A model generated the notes under the pieces. The model saw only the letters and a list, made by a program, of their open reading frames with translations. It had not been told where the DNA came from and did no database searches. Positions 1-10,555 of a stretch of 32,414 nucleotides of DNA are shown one piece after another. This stretch comes from Octopus bimaculoides (Eukaryota), in the NCBI RefSeq assembly GCF_001194135.2, contig NC_068983.1:154090434-154122847 (forward strand), written 5' to 3'. Each line of letters opens with the position of its first letter. The first letter of the stretch is position 1. Position numbers and translations under genes: made by a program.

Positions 1-229
1 TATATGTTTGTATGTGTGTGTTTGTTGTTTGTCCTACTACCACCACCATCGCTTGACAAGCGGCGTTGGTGTACTTATGTCCCCGTAAGCTAGCGATTCG
101 GCAAAGAGAACGATAGAATAAGTACTAGGTTTACAAAGAATAATTCCTGGGCTTGACTTCTCCGACTAAAAACCGGGGCTCCAACATAGCAGCAGTCAGA
201 TGACTGAAGCAAGTAAAATAATAAAATAA
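1..229 (+). mobile_element. SINE family A (tRNA/CORE-type), 3' half
   Basis: Reverse-complement match to the copies at 14007-14379 and 27930-28337 (CATCGCTTGACAA...CCCCGTAA...GATAGAATAAGTACTAGG...GACTGAAGCAAGTAAAA). The head lies left of the window. Confidence 0.8.
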
Positions 230-365
230 CAGAAGAGATCCGGATCCATACAGAAATACAACACACTTATTTTTATTAATTTCCAACTTATACCCTGGGT
301 TTTCAATTGTTAGTCACCTCTTGTGTCCATTACATGTAAGAATATTAGTCACCTAATTCATTCAT

Positions 366-545
366 GTGTGTCTGACTGAGTGTGTACGTGTGTGTGCGTG
401 TCTGCGTGTGTATGTGAGACTGTGTGTATATACGTGTGCGTGTGTGTGTGTAAGCCTGTGCGTATATACGTGTGCGTGTGTGTGTGAACCTGTGTTATAT
501 ACGTGTGCGTGTGTGTATTTGCATGCATGTGTGTGTGCGTGGGTG
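366..545. repeat. (TG)-rich microsatellite containing three ~35-bp higher-order units
   Basis: A unit of about CTGTG(T/C)GTATATACGTGTGCGTGTGTGTG recurs near 419, 456 and 490. Confidence 0.8.
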
Positions 546-1427
546 TGTTTAAGTATTATCTAACAATACTGATGAAAACATATTCGATGCAAATATCTGA
601 TATTGTAATGTTGAAGCTGATTGGTTTTGTATGCAATGCACGAAGTTTGAAAAAGCAGCTAACAATAAGCATATTCGTGTGGAAAGAAATCATTGAAAAA
701 GAATATTCAAACCAGTTATAGCATACGATATATTGGACCAAATACACTGAATTTGCATGATTTAGGTACACAATCTATGTTCCATCCAACTCTGGAACAG
801 AAACCAGTGTAACTTTATCAGCAAGAGATGAAAACAACGACATTTCTTGCTGAGAAAGGTACGGCATGGCATCTAGATGTAGATCCCACTTAAGGTAAAC
901 TTAAGGTAGTGCACAGACTTTGTTTATTGATTATATTGTGACCTATTTTCTCAAAATAGACAGCGAAAATCTAATTTATGCTATTTAATTTTCTTCTAAA
1001 AATAGCCGAAATTTTAATTGTTTTATAATAAATATTAGAGTAGGAAAATCGATTTTGGTTTTAAGTTAACGCTGTATATTTATTTACCTCACAATATTCT
1101 AAATTAAAATGTTTTGCCGAAGCTAAACTAGAAATATAAGAGATAGAAGAATTTTTATTACAAAAATAAAAAAAATCTTTAAAACGTCAAATATTCCCAT
1201 GGAGTCATTTAATTCGTAATTTTAGGGATGTCTGGAAAAATTCTTTTGTAATAGTCAGGCAAAGTGTTTTAACCTATGAATATTACACTGTGCGTGTGTT
1301 ATTTCTTAATTGCTTCTGTCTATGAAATGAAACGAAATTACTACTATTCTCTTTAAACTTTGTGATCTGAGCATCAATGTTTTGAAACTGACCTATTTTC
1401 CGTGATGAGTTGCTGAAACAGAAATAT

Positions 1428-1575
1428 CGTTATAGCAAATATTTTACTTAATACCACTCGAGCATGTCCCTTTTTAGCTGATAATAAGTGCATCGCTGAT
1501 CTTAGCAGAAATAGTGGTGAAGTATCATAGCCATGTGTTGCGAGCGACCTTTTCAGATTTGAATAAATGTAACGG
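1428..1575 (+). mobile_element. Decayed interspersed-repeat remnant, possibly the same retroposon 3'-UTR family as 4428-4690
   Basis: The motifs GCAAATATT..AATACCAC, GAGCATGTCCC and CATAGCCATGTGTTG are recalled from an octopus repeat. This cannot be verified inside the window. Confidence 0.3.
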
Positions 1576-1730
1576 AAAACAAACTTTGAAGGAAATATTA
1601 ACCATTCTTCATACTATCTAAGGGAAAGCAAATAGAAAATAACGGTTGCTAGCAGAAGACAAAAATCGTGTTACTTAGTGATATCAAAGAATAAGTTTAG
1701 AAAAGGCAGGAAATTCGGCAGCAGTACAGA

Positions 1731-1866
1731 ACTGGTGCGTAATTTATTTACCCGGAAAGTTAATGCAATGTTAACCTCAGAAGATTTGAACTTAGAACAT
1801 AAACTTCTGGAACTCTTATTGTAAAAATCTATCCGACGTTCTAAGAATTCTATCAGTCAGTTACCG
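1731..1866 (-). mobile_element. SINE family C, heavily decayed
   Basis: Colinear weak match to 17680-17833 (ACTGGT...ATTTGAACTTAGAAC...ATCCGACGTTCTAAGAATTCT). Confidence 0.5.
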
Positions 1867-2237
1867 TGTATATTCATGCATACATACATACATATATACA
1901 AACATACAGGAAAATGAGTCAACCTGTTGACACCATTTCATATACAAACGGTAAGTGGAACAGCATCCTTGTACCAAAATCACTCTTGTTGCATTGACTG
2001 GTACAGGACTATGCAAGGCACTTCCTCAAAGTGTCACATAGTTTAACACTTAAACGACGGGAAGGGGTTCAATGAATCTGCGTACCAAGCAAAGAAGAAA
2101 ACAACGTCCTTCTTTTTCTCCTTAAAGGTAATTATAATAAATGTAAGTTTAAATTTACAATCCCAGTATCGAAAAGTGCTGTAAAATATTCATTTTGATG
2201 ATGGTGGTATCCTTGTAAAAGTTTTTGAAAGATAAAT

Positions 2238-2310
2238 TGATCCTTGCTGGTTCAGAGTTAACCGAAGCCGAGACCACGTGGTTGAGAGGCGAACTTTACA
2301 CACACGTTCT
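2238..2310 (-). mobile_element. Decayed SINE family A-like head
   Basis: GAAGCCGAGACCACGTGGTTGAGAGGCGAACTTTACACAC resembles GAACCCGGAACCATGTGGTTGGGAAGCAAGCCTCTTACCACAC at about 28280-28320. Confidence 0.4.
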
Positions 2311-2377
2311 GGTGGCTTTTCGTTTCATTAGGCATTTGTTTTCAATGGGAGAATCAAAACGAATATTACCTTTCCGT

Positions 2378-2715
2378 AAACAGTTAAGACCACCCCACTT
2401 CGATCATGAATGACCATGGGATTACAACTAGAAAGTTCCCCTTGGAGGTACAAGTCCGGGAAAGGTTGTTTATGGAAGACCAGCCATCGCCGATGTATAC
2501 CAGATTCCCCTCTCCACGCCAGCGATGTTGTCCAAGGGAAAAACAAGGTCGGATGAGGCTTGGCAGCGGCGAAGTCCGAGCTCAATTCTTCAGATAACTT
2601 GAGCAATGTGAAATTACGTGACTTGCTCAAGAAAACAACACACAGCTCAATCCGGGAATCGAACCCAATACTTCATGATTCTGAGTCCGACGCTCGAACC
2701 ACTGAGCTATGTGCC
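2378..2715 (-). mobile_element. SINE family B (tRNA-derived, CORE-like), near full length
   Basis: The minus-strand head has an A box (TAGCTCAGTGG) and a B box (GGTTCGATTCC), followed by CORE-like TTCTTGAGCAAGTCAC. The head matches 27822-27930. Confidence 0.85.
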
Positions 2716-2717
2716 GG

Positions 2718-2776
<59 letters not shown>

Positions 2777-2781
2777 CATTA
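2718..2781. repeat. (ATT)n microsatellite, the (TAA)n tail of the adjacent RLE element
   Basis: About 21 ATT units directly at the 3' end of the minus-strand element. Confidence 0.97.
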
Positions 2782-3202
2782 TATGTTTGACTTTTGCCTT
2801 GTATTTGTACAAGTTGACCCCAAATCTCACCCAGAGACTTCAAGAGACAAGTTAGAAGATTAAGTTGGTATTATGCCTAGGGTGTCATATATTCGGTTTT
2901 ACACACATTATTGTTCTAGAGAATGTTTAAGAAAAGATAAGAAAATTATAAGTTTGTTTTAAAATTTGAGATTACAGTATTTTACGTTGGATAGGGGCAG
3001 TTCCCATGATCACTACCTTTTAAATTTCTGCCATTTTGGGATTTCCTGGTATCTGAGCTTGTTAGGAATCAGACCGTTTTGCTTTCATTCTTAGGGCACC
3101 TATGACGACAGGTGTTGCTTTAGTCTTGAGGTTCCACACTTTGCCATTTTCTATTTCAAGATCTTTATACATGCTCAGTTTTCGGTAGGTCTTGACAGAT
3201 AC
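2718..3202 (-). mobile_element. R4/Dong-like RLE non-LTR retrotransposon, 3' fragment 1
   Basis: Minus-strand translation VSVKTYRKLSMYKDLEIENGKVWNLKTKATPVVIGAL...QIPGNPKMAEI*KVVIMGTAPIQRKIL* is the typical RLE C-terminus. It is followed by a 3' UTR and (TAA)n. Confidence 0.85.
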
Positions 3203-3205
3203 AGT

Positions 3206-3248
3206 CGAAAATTTCAGGCTTTGTGTGCCTATAGTAGAAAGGATTACT
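3206..3248 (+). mobile_element. SINE family C 3' tail fragment
   Basis: AAAATTTCAGGCTTTGTGTGCCTATAGTAGAAAGGAT resembles AAAATTTCGAGCTTTGTGCCTAAAGTAGAAAAGGAT at about 14790-14826. Confidence 0.4.
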
Positions 3249-3401
3249 GGATATTGTTCATTTGCGAATTGTTTATGCTTTTGATTCTGATTGTATTAGG
3301 AAGCAAACATGACCGCCGGAAGATATTTAATTGTAATGAATACGAGTAGGTATGACTGTAAGGAAATAATATCAAGAGAGGAAAGAGACACAGAAGTACG
3401 T

Positions 3402-3495
<94 letters not shown>
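3402..3495. repeat. Compound (AGC)n(AGT)n microsatellite
   Basis: Direct reading. It produces the spurious poly-S, poly-Y and poly-C ORFs. Confidence 0.97.
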
Positions 3496-3735
3496 AGCCG
3501 AGTGAGTAATAAGAAGCAGCAGGTGTAATAACAACTCAACAAGAATTACAACCTGCATAGCTATAATTATTGAAACGCCAACTGATTATCTCTGATCGTC
3601 CATTGACCTGGTCTGTATGGTATTAATATTTGCACTATTTAATTTCCTTCGTTTCCTCTTGTCATTTTGTGTTGGTAACATTCGTGTCGGGAGGTGGGTT
3701 GCATAGTTTATTTCTGTATTACTCTAGCGTGTTTC

Positions 3736-3737
<2 letters not shown>

Positions 3738-3778
<41 letters not shown>

Positions 3779-4030
3779 TATATTGTACATATGTATAAAT
3801 AAATATATATATGTTGTATGAATATATGTGTCTGACAGTGTGTGTGTGAGTGTGTGCATGCGCGCGCGTAAAATATTATACTACATTTTATATGCTATGT
3901 ATATTATGTTTATTTACCTGAATTATATNNNNNNNNNNAACGTGACATATATATATGTGTGTGTGTGTGTGTATGTGTGTGTGTGTGTATGTGTGTGTGT
4001 GTGTATGTGTGTGTATGTGTGTGTGTGTGT
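3738..4030. repeat. (TG)n/(TA)n microsatellite cluster with a 10-N gap
   Basis: (TG)n at 3738-3775 and about 3955-4030; Ns at 3929-3938. Confidence 0.9.
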
Positions 4031-4331
4031 TTTCGCTGACCGATCGCTTGATAAGAGACGGGATGATCCTGCGCTTTAGTTGATGGAATTGGCTTTATTC
4101 CAACGATAAAAATACATATATCGATTATCCGACAGCATAAACTTCCACCATGAACAGTTGAGTAGATCAGTTTTGGATATATTGCAAGCGGAACCAGCCA
4201 CTCAACCAACCCGTAATATATTAAGAATATATTGTTGTCTGTTTTATTATTTCTATCCATTCATTTGCTGATATAATATTAATTAATTAATACACTACAA
4301 TGCATTATTTTTGTAATAGTTATTGCTTGTG

Positions 4332-4332
<1 letters not shown>

Positions 4333-4420
<88 letters not shown>

Positions 4421-4427
4421 GTTATTA
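4333..4427. repeat. (ATT)n microsatellite
   Basis: About 30 units, direct reading. Confidence 0.97.
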
Positions 4428-4690
4428 TAGAGCGAGAGAGCAGTGCGTGCCAGCAAAGTGACACTGGTGTATAAATATCGAAATACCAATATACCCCTCA
4501 TGACTACGGCAGACACATGCGTCACGAGCATATGTGCGTGACATGGTCATCTCATATGTAGATGAACAGTGCAAGACCTTTAAGGTGGGGCGCAGTTAGA
4601 ATTTTCTTGAGATTAAGTAGCCCATACCGCTGAAAATATCTCTGAATAAGATTTGTTTAAGGATGATGAATGGAACACCCATGTTTCGTT
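4428..4690 (-). mobile_element. Probable retroposon 3' end (non-coding UTR) terminating in (TAA)n
   Basis: Complex-sequence block abutting (ATT)n in the same polarity as the neighbouring RLE elements. It is recalled as a common octopus repeat; no coding homology is seen. Confidence 0.5.
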
Positions 4691-4734
4691 CTTTTCGGCT
4701 ATCTAATACTTTACTGATTAGTATTAATTTTATT

Positions 4735-4806
4735 GTTCTTGTTGTTGTTGCTATTATTATTATTATCATCGTTATTATTCAGTAGTCTTATTTTTATCAC
4801 TTGCTT

Positions 4807-4889
<83 letters not shown>

Positions 4890-4914
4890 GTTATTATTAT
4901 CATTATTATTATTA

Positions 4915-4979
<65 letters not shown>

Positions 4980-4980
4980 G
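4735..4980. repeat. Interrupted (ATT)n array containing a 32-bp copy of an element 3' end
   Basis: (ATT)n at 4810-4980, a decayed run at 4735-4777, and an insert at 4778-4809. Confidence 0.95.
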
Positions 4981-5369
4981 TTCAGTAGTTTTACTTTTAT
5001 AACGTGCTTTCACTTCACTACCGAGCGCAGCTCTGTGTGCTTTGGATATGTGCTGCGGTTTGCTGTGATGCTCTTATGGTTACTGTATTGAAAGTGTTTT
5101 GCGTAGGATGTGTGCAGTGCCCAGTAGTGCGATTTTCTGCATGATATATATTTGTAAGTCCTGGTGTTTTTATGTATTTGTCTGAATATTGTTTATCATA
5201 TCTAATGCGTTTATTATGATAGGAATTGTTTCTGCTTTTAGATTCCACTTCGAGTTACCTCTATTTCCAGGTCTTTGTAGTTTCAAGTTTCTTCATTTCT
5301 TTTAGAGAAACGGTGTCATCTGCTGGTATCGATACATCAATTAGAAATCATTTTTCTTCGTGATCTTTG
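4810..5369 (-). mobile_element. R4/Dong-like RLE non-LTR retrotransposon, 3' fragment 2
   Basis: Minus-strand translation KDHEEK*FLIDVSIPADDTVSLKEMKKLE.YKDLEIEVTR...KYSDKYIKTPGLTNIY.MQKIALLGTAHILRKTLS (with frameshifts), then a 3' UTR and a (TAA)n tail. Confidence 0.9.
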
Positions 5370-5384
5370 AGAACTATATCTGGC

Positions 5385-6586
5385 CATCAAAAATAGGTGA
5401 AGATTTTGTTGAAATCCAATCTGAATACCAAAAATTGGATTACTGCAATGAATTTATGGGCAGTTGCGGTGGTCAAATATAGTGCGTCCATCCTCAAATG
5501 GACCAAGAAAAAATATCAATATTAGAGAGAAGGACGAGGTAGTTGAAGATGCTGTATGGGGCGTTATACCCTAAAGGAAACGTAAACAAACTGTATATAA
5601 AAAGACATAATGGCGGCAGAGCACTAATTAGTATAGACTATTATATAAGGAGTCAAAGGAGAACGTTTGCAGAGTATTATAAATAGTGAGGAAGACCTGC
5701 TGCAATATACCGCGAAAGATATGGGTGTAAATGCAGATGAAATGATGGGCAACGAAGTGTTTAACCAAAGAGCTGAGGGGAAGAGAAAAGAAGACCTTCT
5801 TGAAATGAGAATGCATGGACTGTTTGAAACAAATAGAGAAATCGTTAAGGATAATACAGCAAGGAGTGCATGGCTTGAGCGAGGTGATTTGAAGCATACC
5901 ACCGAAAGCCTGATCATTGCTGCACAAGACCAGGCTCTCGCTACCAATTCTGTGAAGTATAACATCTATAAAACTTCTGACGACGAGAAATGCAGACGCT
6001 CTGGAAAGAGTGTGGAAAATGTGACCTACTTGGTAAATGGATATGAGAACCTTGCACAAAATGAATACAAGCGCCGCCACTATAAAGTGTGTGCGTGTAT
6101 CTTCATTGGCTCTTATGTCGTAAATATTAATATGGATTAACAGAGATCTGGTATGAGCATGTACCAAGTAAGGTTAAGCAGGAGAATGGTAAAGTAACAA
6201 TACTCTGGGACAATGATTTTCAGACAGATCGAGTAATCGAAAATTGTCGGCCGGATATTGCCATATTGAATAAAAGAGACAAATACTGTCAGATCATTGA
6301 TGTAGCCATACCAAATGACATGAATTTTGTGAGTAAATAGGTTGAAAAAATCACCAAGTACTGCGAATTGAAAGTGGAAATGGTAAGACTGTATAGAATG
6401 CGTGATTGTAATGTAAAAGTGATACCAGTGGTGATCGGAGCGTTGGGCTTAATCTCATTGAAACATGAAGACTTCTTTAGGCAACTGGAAATCCCATGCA
6501 AGATTGATGTCTTGCAAAAAGCAGCCTTATTGGGCACAACGCACATCTTAATGAAAGTATTATGTGTCTGAAGTCCTTGTTGTGAC
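5385..6586 (+). mobile_element. R4/Dong-like RLE non-LTR retrotransposon, 3' fragment 3 (RT thumb to RLE, pseudogenised)
   Basis: KILLKSNLNTKNWITAMNLWAVAVVKYSASILKWT...LYIKRHNGGRALIS...WLERGDLKHTTESLIIAAQDQALATN...decayed CCHC (KCRRSGKSVENVTYLVNG)...ILWDNDFQTDRVIENCRPDIAILNKRDKYCQIIDVAIP...EKITKY...QKAALLGTTHILMKVLCV* (stop at 6569-6571). It contains stops and frameshifts. Confidence 0.92.
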
Positions 6587-7321
6587 NNNNNNNNNNNNNN
6601 NNNNNNNNNNNNNNNNNNNNNNNNNNNNNNNNNNNNNNNNNNNNNNNNNNNNNNNNNNNNNNNNNNNNNNNNNNNNNNNNNNNNNNNNNNNNNNNNNNNN
6701 NNNNNNNNNNNNNNNNNNNNNNNNNNNNNNNNNNNNNNNNNNNNNNNNNNNNNNNNNNNNNNNNNNNNNNNNNNNNNNNNNNNNNNNNNNNNNNNNNNNN
6801 NNNNNNNNNNNNNNNNNNNNNNNNNNNNNNNNNNNNNNNNNNNNNNNNNNNNNNNNNNNNNNNNNNNNNNNNNNNNNNNNNNNNNNNNNNNNNNNNNNNN
6901 NNNNNNNNNNNNNNNNNNNNNNNNNNNNNNNNNNNNNNNNNNNNNNNNNNNNNNNNNNNNNNNNNNNNNNNNNNNNNNNNNNNNNNNNNNNNNNNNNNNN
7001 NNNNNNNNNNNNNNNNNNNNNNNNNNNNNNNNNNNNNNNNNNNNNNNNNNNNNNNNNNNNNNNNNNNNNNNNNNNNNNNNNNNNNNNNNNNNNNNNNNNN
7101 NNNNNNNNNNNNNNNNNNNNNNNNNNNNNNNNNNNNNNNNNNNNNNNNNNNNNNNNNNNNNNNNNNNNNNNNNNNNNNNNNNNNNNNNNNNNNNNNNNNN
7201 NNNNNNNNNNNNNNNNNNNNNNNNNNNNNNNNNNNNNNNNNNNNNNNNNNNNNNNNNNNNNNNNNNNNNNNNNNNNNNNNNNNNNNNNNNNNNNNNNNNN
7301 NNNNNNNNNNNNNNNNNNNNN
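6587..7321. other. Assembly gap (735 N)
   Basis: Run of N. Confidence 1.

Positions 7322-7371
<50 letters not shown>
7322..7371. repeat. (AAT)n microsatellite
   Basis: Direct reading. It abuts the 5' truncation point of fragment 4. Confidence 0.97.
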
Positions 7372-7373
<2 letters not shown>

Positions 7374-8170
7374 TGGATGAGGAGCAGTGACCTAAAGACA
7401 GTGATAGAAACTATTATATACGCAGCACAAGAACAAGCATTAAGGACCAATTATATGAAATGCAGAATCATCTTCATTAATGAGAGCGACAAATGCAGAT
7501 TGTGTAACGAGGGAGTGAAACGGTAGAGCACATCGTTAGCGAATGCCCGAAATTTGAACAATGCGTTTACAATAGATGGTTGACAATATGGTAACCATAA
7601 TCCATCGGGAGCTCTGTGGAAATCACGGCTTACAATGTGCAAAGACGTGGTATGAAAAAACACCAGAATGTGTCACCGAGAATGAAAATTGCAAAATCCT
7701 GTAAGAGGCAATGATTCAGTCCAGTCACATGACTAGACATCGGAAACTGGATTGCTGTGGTGAATAAGAAAGAAAAAAAGCTTGCATGATAATCAACAAA
7801 CCATGTTAATTGACATTGCGTGATAATCAAAATAATACTGGTGAAAACAGGATCAAAGAAAAAGAAGAAAAAGCTGAATAAGAACGATGATTTGAAATGC
7901 GAATGTTATGGTCAGTGAGGAGAGTAGACGTGATACCAACAGTAATCGTGCACTTGGTTCAAATGTAAAGATAGAACACAAATCAGCATTGCTTGAAACT
8001 GCAAGTTTTTTCTTGAAACTGCAAGTTTCTTTCTTGAAGCATGACGAGTGAACCAGTGTCACCTTAGTCTGCTGGCTATGGACGGATGATACTTTCCATT
8101 ATACCCAGCAAAATAAACTCAAAGTTCTAATCAAATGATGATAATGAGGAGGAAGCGGATGATGATTTTA
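7372..8170 (+). mobile_element. R4/Dong-like RLE non-LTR retrotransposon, 3' fragment 4
   Basis: WMRSSDLKTVIETIIYAAQEQALRTNYMK...KCRLCNEG/ETVEHIVSEC (CCHC knuckle)...IHRELCGNHGLQCAKTWYEKTPECVTENENCKIL...LIDIA...HKSALLETA, then a decayed TAA/TGA tail at about 8135-8170. Confidence 0.88.
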
Positions 8171-8222
8171 TTAGGAATTATCTGAATAAAGCTCGAATTC
8201 GTATACAATAAGGTCATTTTTC

Positions 8223-8282
8223 TTCTGAGTTCAAATCCTACCAGATATGATTTGGTCTTTCATCCGTTCTTGGTCTATAAGA
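8223..8282 (+). mobile_element. SINE family C fragment
   Basis: TTCTGAGTTCAAATCC...TCTTTCATCCGTTCTTGGTCTATAA matches the B box and central domain of family C. Confidence 0.4.
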
Positions 8283-9413
8283 AACAAATTCAATTCAATT
8301 ACTGTTGGCGATTTAATAAAATATAATTAATCTTTTATATGATATCGCATTATGACACTAAAACGTCATTGCGACGATTTCTGTTGGGTACGGAGTGTAA
8401 AGTTGTGAGCGACTCTGAAAGTTATGTTTTCGATGCAGATTTCGTTCATGAATGCTGTATTTAAGTTACTATTTTCACCTAACTCACGATTCCAAATGGT
8501 AATGGATGACAAAATCTGTAGAGCACTTGGTAACATACCATGTACTAGTTAACAAAATTGTGCATTGTGTATTTTGTCCAAATCTCACCGTAGAATAGTT
8601 GTAATGACATGCATGTCTCATGATGTAATAACATAACGTACCGGAGTCCATGACAACATTGGGCAATCGCAAATACGATGCGAACTTCAGTTATATGTTT
8701 AGATATTTCGAAGTTTAACTATTTCAAAATATTGATGCATTTTATGGGTATCCTCTGATATTTCGATCAGTGTTCGTTTCGAAACTGGCTTCTGATAAGA
8801 TGTTTTATGCCTATCTTATACAAAACCCATCAAAACCTTTTCCCCTACTGCTATATAATCGACATCTCTTTCTAAATTTTTGTGACCTTTGCATAGTACC
8901 AAGTTAGAAATCAATGATAATTCAATTTTCATGACCATACAAGAGATAGATTCTGCATTATACATATTTTTCTTTGGTTGCAGTTTGCTTCAATTTCGCA
9001 TATAATATTTTTGAAGATTATAACTGCATGCATATCTATGTTTTGGAACTTATATGTGAAAAGATCACTTGGAAGCACTTCAAATTCAAACTTATATTTG
9101 GTTTTATGTTTTATTTGTTCAAGAGCTCATACGATTACATAAAGTGTAATATTGCCAGTACTTCTACATTTCGATTTCCAGTGGTTTTCGGAAAGCAGAA
9201 TATTTCAAGTACAATTTGTAAAGTTTAGTTTTCAAATATGATTCGAAAACTTAACTTCGAGCGAGATGGACAATCTACATCGATCACTGTATATATGACT
9301 TAGATATCTTATTTTATTACTACACCACGAACGAACTGCATTGATTGTTGGTATCTTTTTATCAGTATGTGTTGTCGAAATTCAATATTTCTATTTTTCG
9401 TTACAGTATCGGA

Positions 9414-9455
<42 letters not shown>

Positions 9456-9456
9456 A

Positions 9457-9505
<49 letters not shown>

Positions 9506-9660
9506 CATCCATCCATCCATCTCTCTATCTATGTATCTATCTGTCAGTCTGTCTGATTGTNNNNNNNNNNCCTTCCCTCCGTCTATCTAACTTGCTATCT
9601 ATCTGTACATATATTTAAGTGTTTATACACACACACACACACAAAAAAGAGATATTGAGT

Positions 9661-9715
<55 letters not shown>
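9414..9715. repeat. (TATC)n and (GATA)n tetranucleotide microsatellites
   Basis: (TATC)n at about 9414-9541, Ns at 9561-9570, (GATA)n at 9661-9715. Confidence 0.95.
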
Positions 9716-10271
9716 GTGTATACATAAATATGGGTGTGTGTGTGTGTGTATGTCTGGGTGTAAGTGAAGAGTTTATAAGTGTCAATATTCTCATTTTATA
9801 CGGAATTGATTTCAAGATACTGTATAATGTGATATTCATGAAACATTGGTGACGCGCTTGAAAATATGCGACCAAATCTGATAATAGAGCTCAAGTTATA
9901 TATATCAAGTTATATATATGTGTGTGTTAAAAACAAATGTATCTGAATGTGATATTGTGATGCAGAGAAGCTGAATTGCCGTTGTCATTATGTTATGAAT
10001 ATTCTGTAGAAACAAAGGAAGAATCTCAAACGACAAACTATTCTTAAATATTACGAGGTTGAAGACTTTGTCAAAAAGAGCCCAAAGTTTGGCCCACGGG
10101 CAGCCTTTGATATTTTCCAACCAATTTTTTGGGGATACCATATTATCAGGCTATTATTTATAACTTAAATGTATGCTTCAATGTCCACAGACCCCAAAGG
10201 AATTAGGTGTGTCTGTGTGTGTGTCTGTATTTGTGCGTGTGTCTGTGTGTGAGAGTGTGCACGCGTGCCGT

Positions 10272-10555
10272 GAAGGAACATGGCCTTGTGGTTAAATTGT
10301 TGCGCACACAATTGTGAGATCGAGGGTTCCATTCTCAGACCTAACGGTGCGTTGTGCTCTTGAGTAAAACGCTTCTCTGCGATCATTTTGTCGTCTCGCA
10401 TGGCATGTCGTGCACATGTACAAGTGATGTCGATGTGATGGAAGGAGTGAGCCTATGTGAACACAAAACATTTGATCACTACAAGCAGATCATGTATGTG
10501 GTTGTTCTGCAAGAAAATACTGGAGATTCTTAAGTCGTCTAGTGATGGGAATGTC
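10272..10555 (+). mobile_element. tRNA-derived CORE-like SINE (decayed; B-like head, different body)
   Basis: A-box-like TGGCCTTGTGG, B-box-like GGTTCCATTC, CORE-like GCGTTGTGCTCTTGAGTAAAAC. The 3' boundary is approximate. Confidence 0.6.

Noticed and set aside
2225-2413. 62-aa ORF MKDKLILAGSELTE... that looks protein-like
   Set aside because: It starts at TTG and overlaps a decayed SINE head and the tail of another SINE.
366-5091. ORFs encoding poly-Y, poly-L, poly-I, poly-N, poly-S and (CV)n/(HT)n peptides, here and throughout the window
   Set aside because: They are translations of (ATT)n, (AGT)n, (TG)n and (CA)n microsatellites.
5667-6140. 157-aa ORF as a host gene
   Set aside because: It is one open segment of a stop- and frameshift-riddled RLE retrotransposon ORF.
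4810-6586. Twin-priming inversion of a single element
   Set aside because: Both arms contain their own, different C-terminus and 3' end, so they derive from two elements.
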